DNA of 63,964 nt, filler included, from Saprolegnia diclina VS20 (lineage: Eukaryota), in the NCBI RefSeq assembly GCF_000281045.1. It is 13 parts of 3 records of this genome, joined end to end, with 100 filler letters (N's around TTAATTAATTAA, not from the genome) between each part and the next. Parts side by side here need not be neighbours in the genome. Positions count along the whole stretch, not along the records: positions 62,934 to 63,964 come from NW_008246113.1; 12 more parts are not named here. One strand, given 5' to 3'. Position numbers and translations under genes: made by a program. This document shows positions 62,934 to 63,964 of this stretch, one piece after another; positions within the stretch are counted from its first letter, which is position 1; each line of letters opens with the position of its first letter. A model generated the notes under the pieces. The model searched no databases. It saw only the letters and a program-made list of their open reading frames with translations, and had not been told where the DNA came from.

Positions 62934-63964
62934 GCCGGCGTCATCACGTCTGCCTTCCTCGACACCGGCATCGTCGTCGGTGCCGCCGTCGTATTCTTGG
63001 CTGGGTGCTCGGCGTGGGTGAGCAGCCACCGACCAAATGCGTACAGATTCGGAGGCGTATCCGGTGGCCCACGCAGCGACGAGTGAAGAAAACCAAGGAC
63101 GCTCGTCGCCGACGCGGACGTGTGCGACAGCATCCGTGTCACGGTCGCCGCGTCGGTAGAGCGCTCGAGGACCAACGCCTCTTGCGACAGGAGGACGTGC
63201 AATGCATACCGCAGCGCAAACGAGAGATGTTGCAACTGGAACGCATGGCCATACGCCCAGTCAGTCGGTGGTGGCGACAACACCCCGGCGTACACCGGCA
63301 CCGCCGGCGCGCGCTCAATGTCCGTAACACCAAACCTTGTCAGCACCGGTACAATATCGTTGGCGTCGACGCCGTCGGCAAGCACGAGGTGGTAGCATCG
63401 ACAGTAGCCAAACGCGCCGTTGGGCGACGGATCGTCCGATCGCTTCCATCTGTACGCAGCATCCGCGAGCGGCCAGATGCGGTCTTCGTCCGTCACGGTC
63501 CGGTCGCCGACAAAGACGAACGGCGGCGCCCGCAGTGTAAACCGGACAACGACGTTCTCGAATCGGTTGATACCGACGACGCAGTGGACGACGCTGGTCA
63601 CTTTGAAGCAGACGCGGTAGCGGTAGTCGTTGTCGCCGTCAAACGCGATTGCAAAGGCAGTCGCGTCGATGCTCGAGCAAGAGAACGTGACCATGTGGAT
63701 GGCGGCAAAGACCGAGCGGTCGCTCGTCGCTGTCGAAAGAACGTGCAGTCCTCGGCCGATAAAGACATCACTCGTGACATCGGCGCAGACCGACCGCGTG
63801 TTGAGATCGGCCTCGCGCACGCAGAGAGCGTTGCGCTGCCAGCAGATGCCGTCGAGGCCGAGGAGGCGCGTATAGTGATGCGGGTACGCCACGTACACCG
63901 TCGATCGACCGGGTCGTCCAGGCTCGTAGGGCGCCATCGACACGGACAAAAAGCCGTTGCCAAC
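62934..63964 (-). CDS. Probable cellular RNA-dependent RNA polymerase (RNAi RDR), N-terminal region; truncated
   Basis: 'FTLRAPPFVF...WKRSDDPSPNGAFGYCRCYHL' resembles the RDR6-type W.R..D....GA.G.C..Y motif; 'FALRYALHVLLSQ' resembles F..RY.L...(I/L)S; ends 'RKADVMTP', like the R.V.VTP start of the RdRP domain. The catalytic DxDGD is not in the window. Confidence 0.6.

Overview
Eukaryotic genomic DNA, most likely an oomycete of the Saprolegniales (Saprolegnia/Achlya-like). This is inferred from GC-rich coding regions, ~45-50 bp GT-AG introns, INR/FPR core-promoter motifs and lineage-typical expanded gene families. The window is a stitched pseudomolecule of 14 segments: twelve 100-nt gaps carry an artificial TTAATTAATTAA linker and one is plain N, so adjacency across gaps is not reliable. 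Recognisable genes: class III alcohol/formaldehyde dehydrogenase, separase, Rtf2, WDR83/MORG1, an F-box/WD40 protein, an RS-rich protein, DNA polymerase epsilon subunit B, a Rieske protein, two tandem OPT/YSL transporters, a USP-type deubiquitinase, an ankyrin protein, two paralogous secreted Cys-rich proteins and the N-terminal part of a probable RNAi RNA-dependent RNA polymerase. Retroelement and transposon relics and a decayed LRR receptor kinase are also present. The most notable feature is a three-exon gene of about 1287 aa that fuses an intact class I cyclic-nucleotide phosphodiesterase, a voltage-sensor-like membrane module and a ciliate/apicomplexan-type adenylyl cyclase domain in which both metal-binding aspartates are substituted. 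The second is a near-perfect 436-bp inverted repeat with a 100-bp loop, lying between two convergent kinase remnants. All family assignments come from motif recognition, not database searches.
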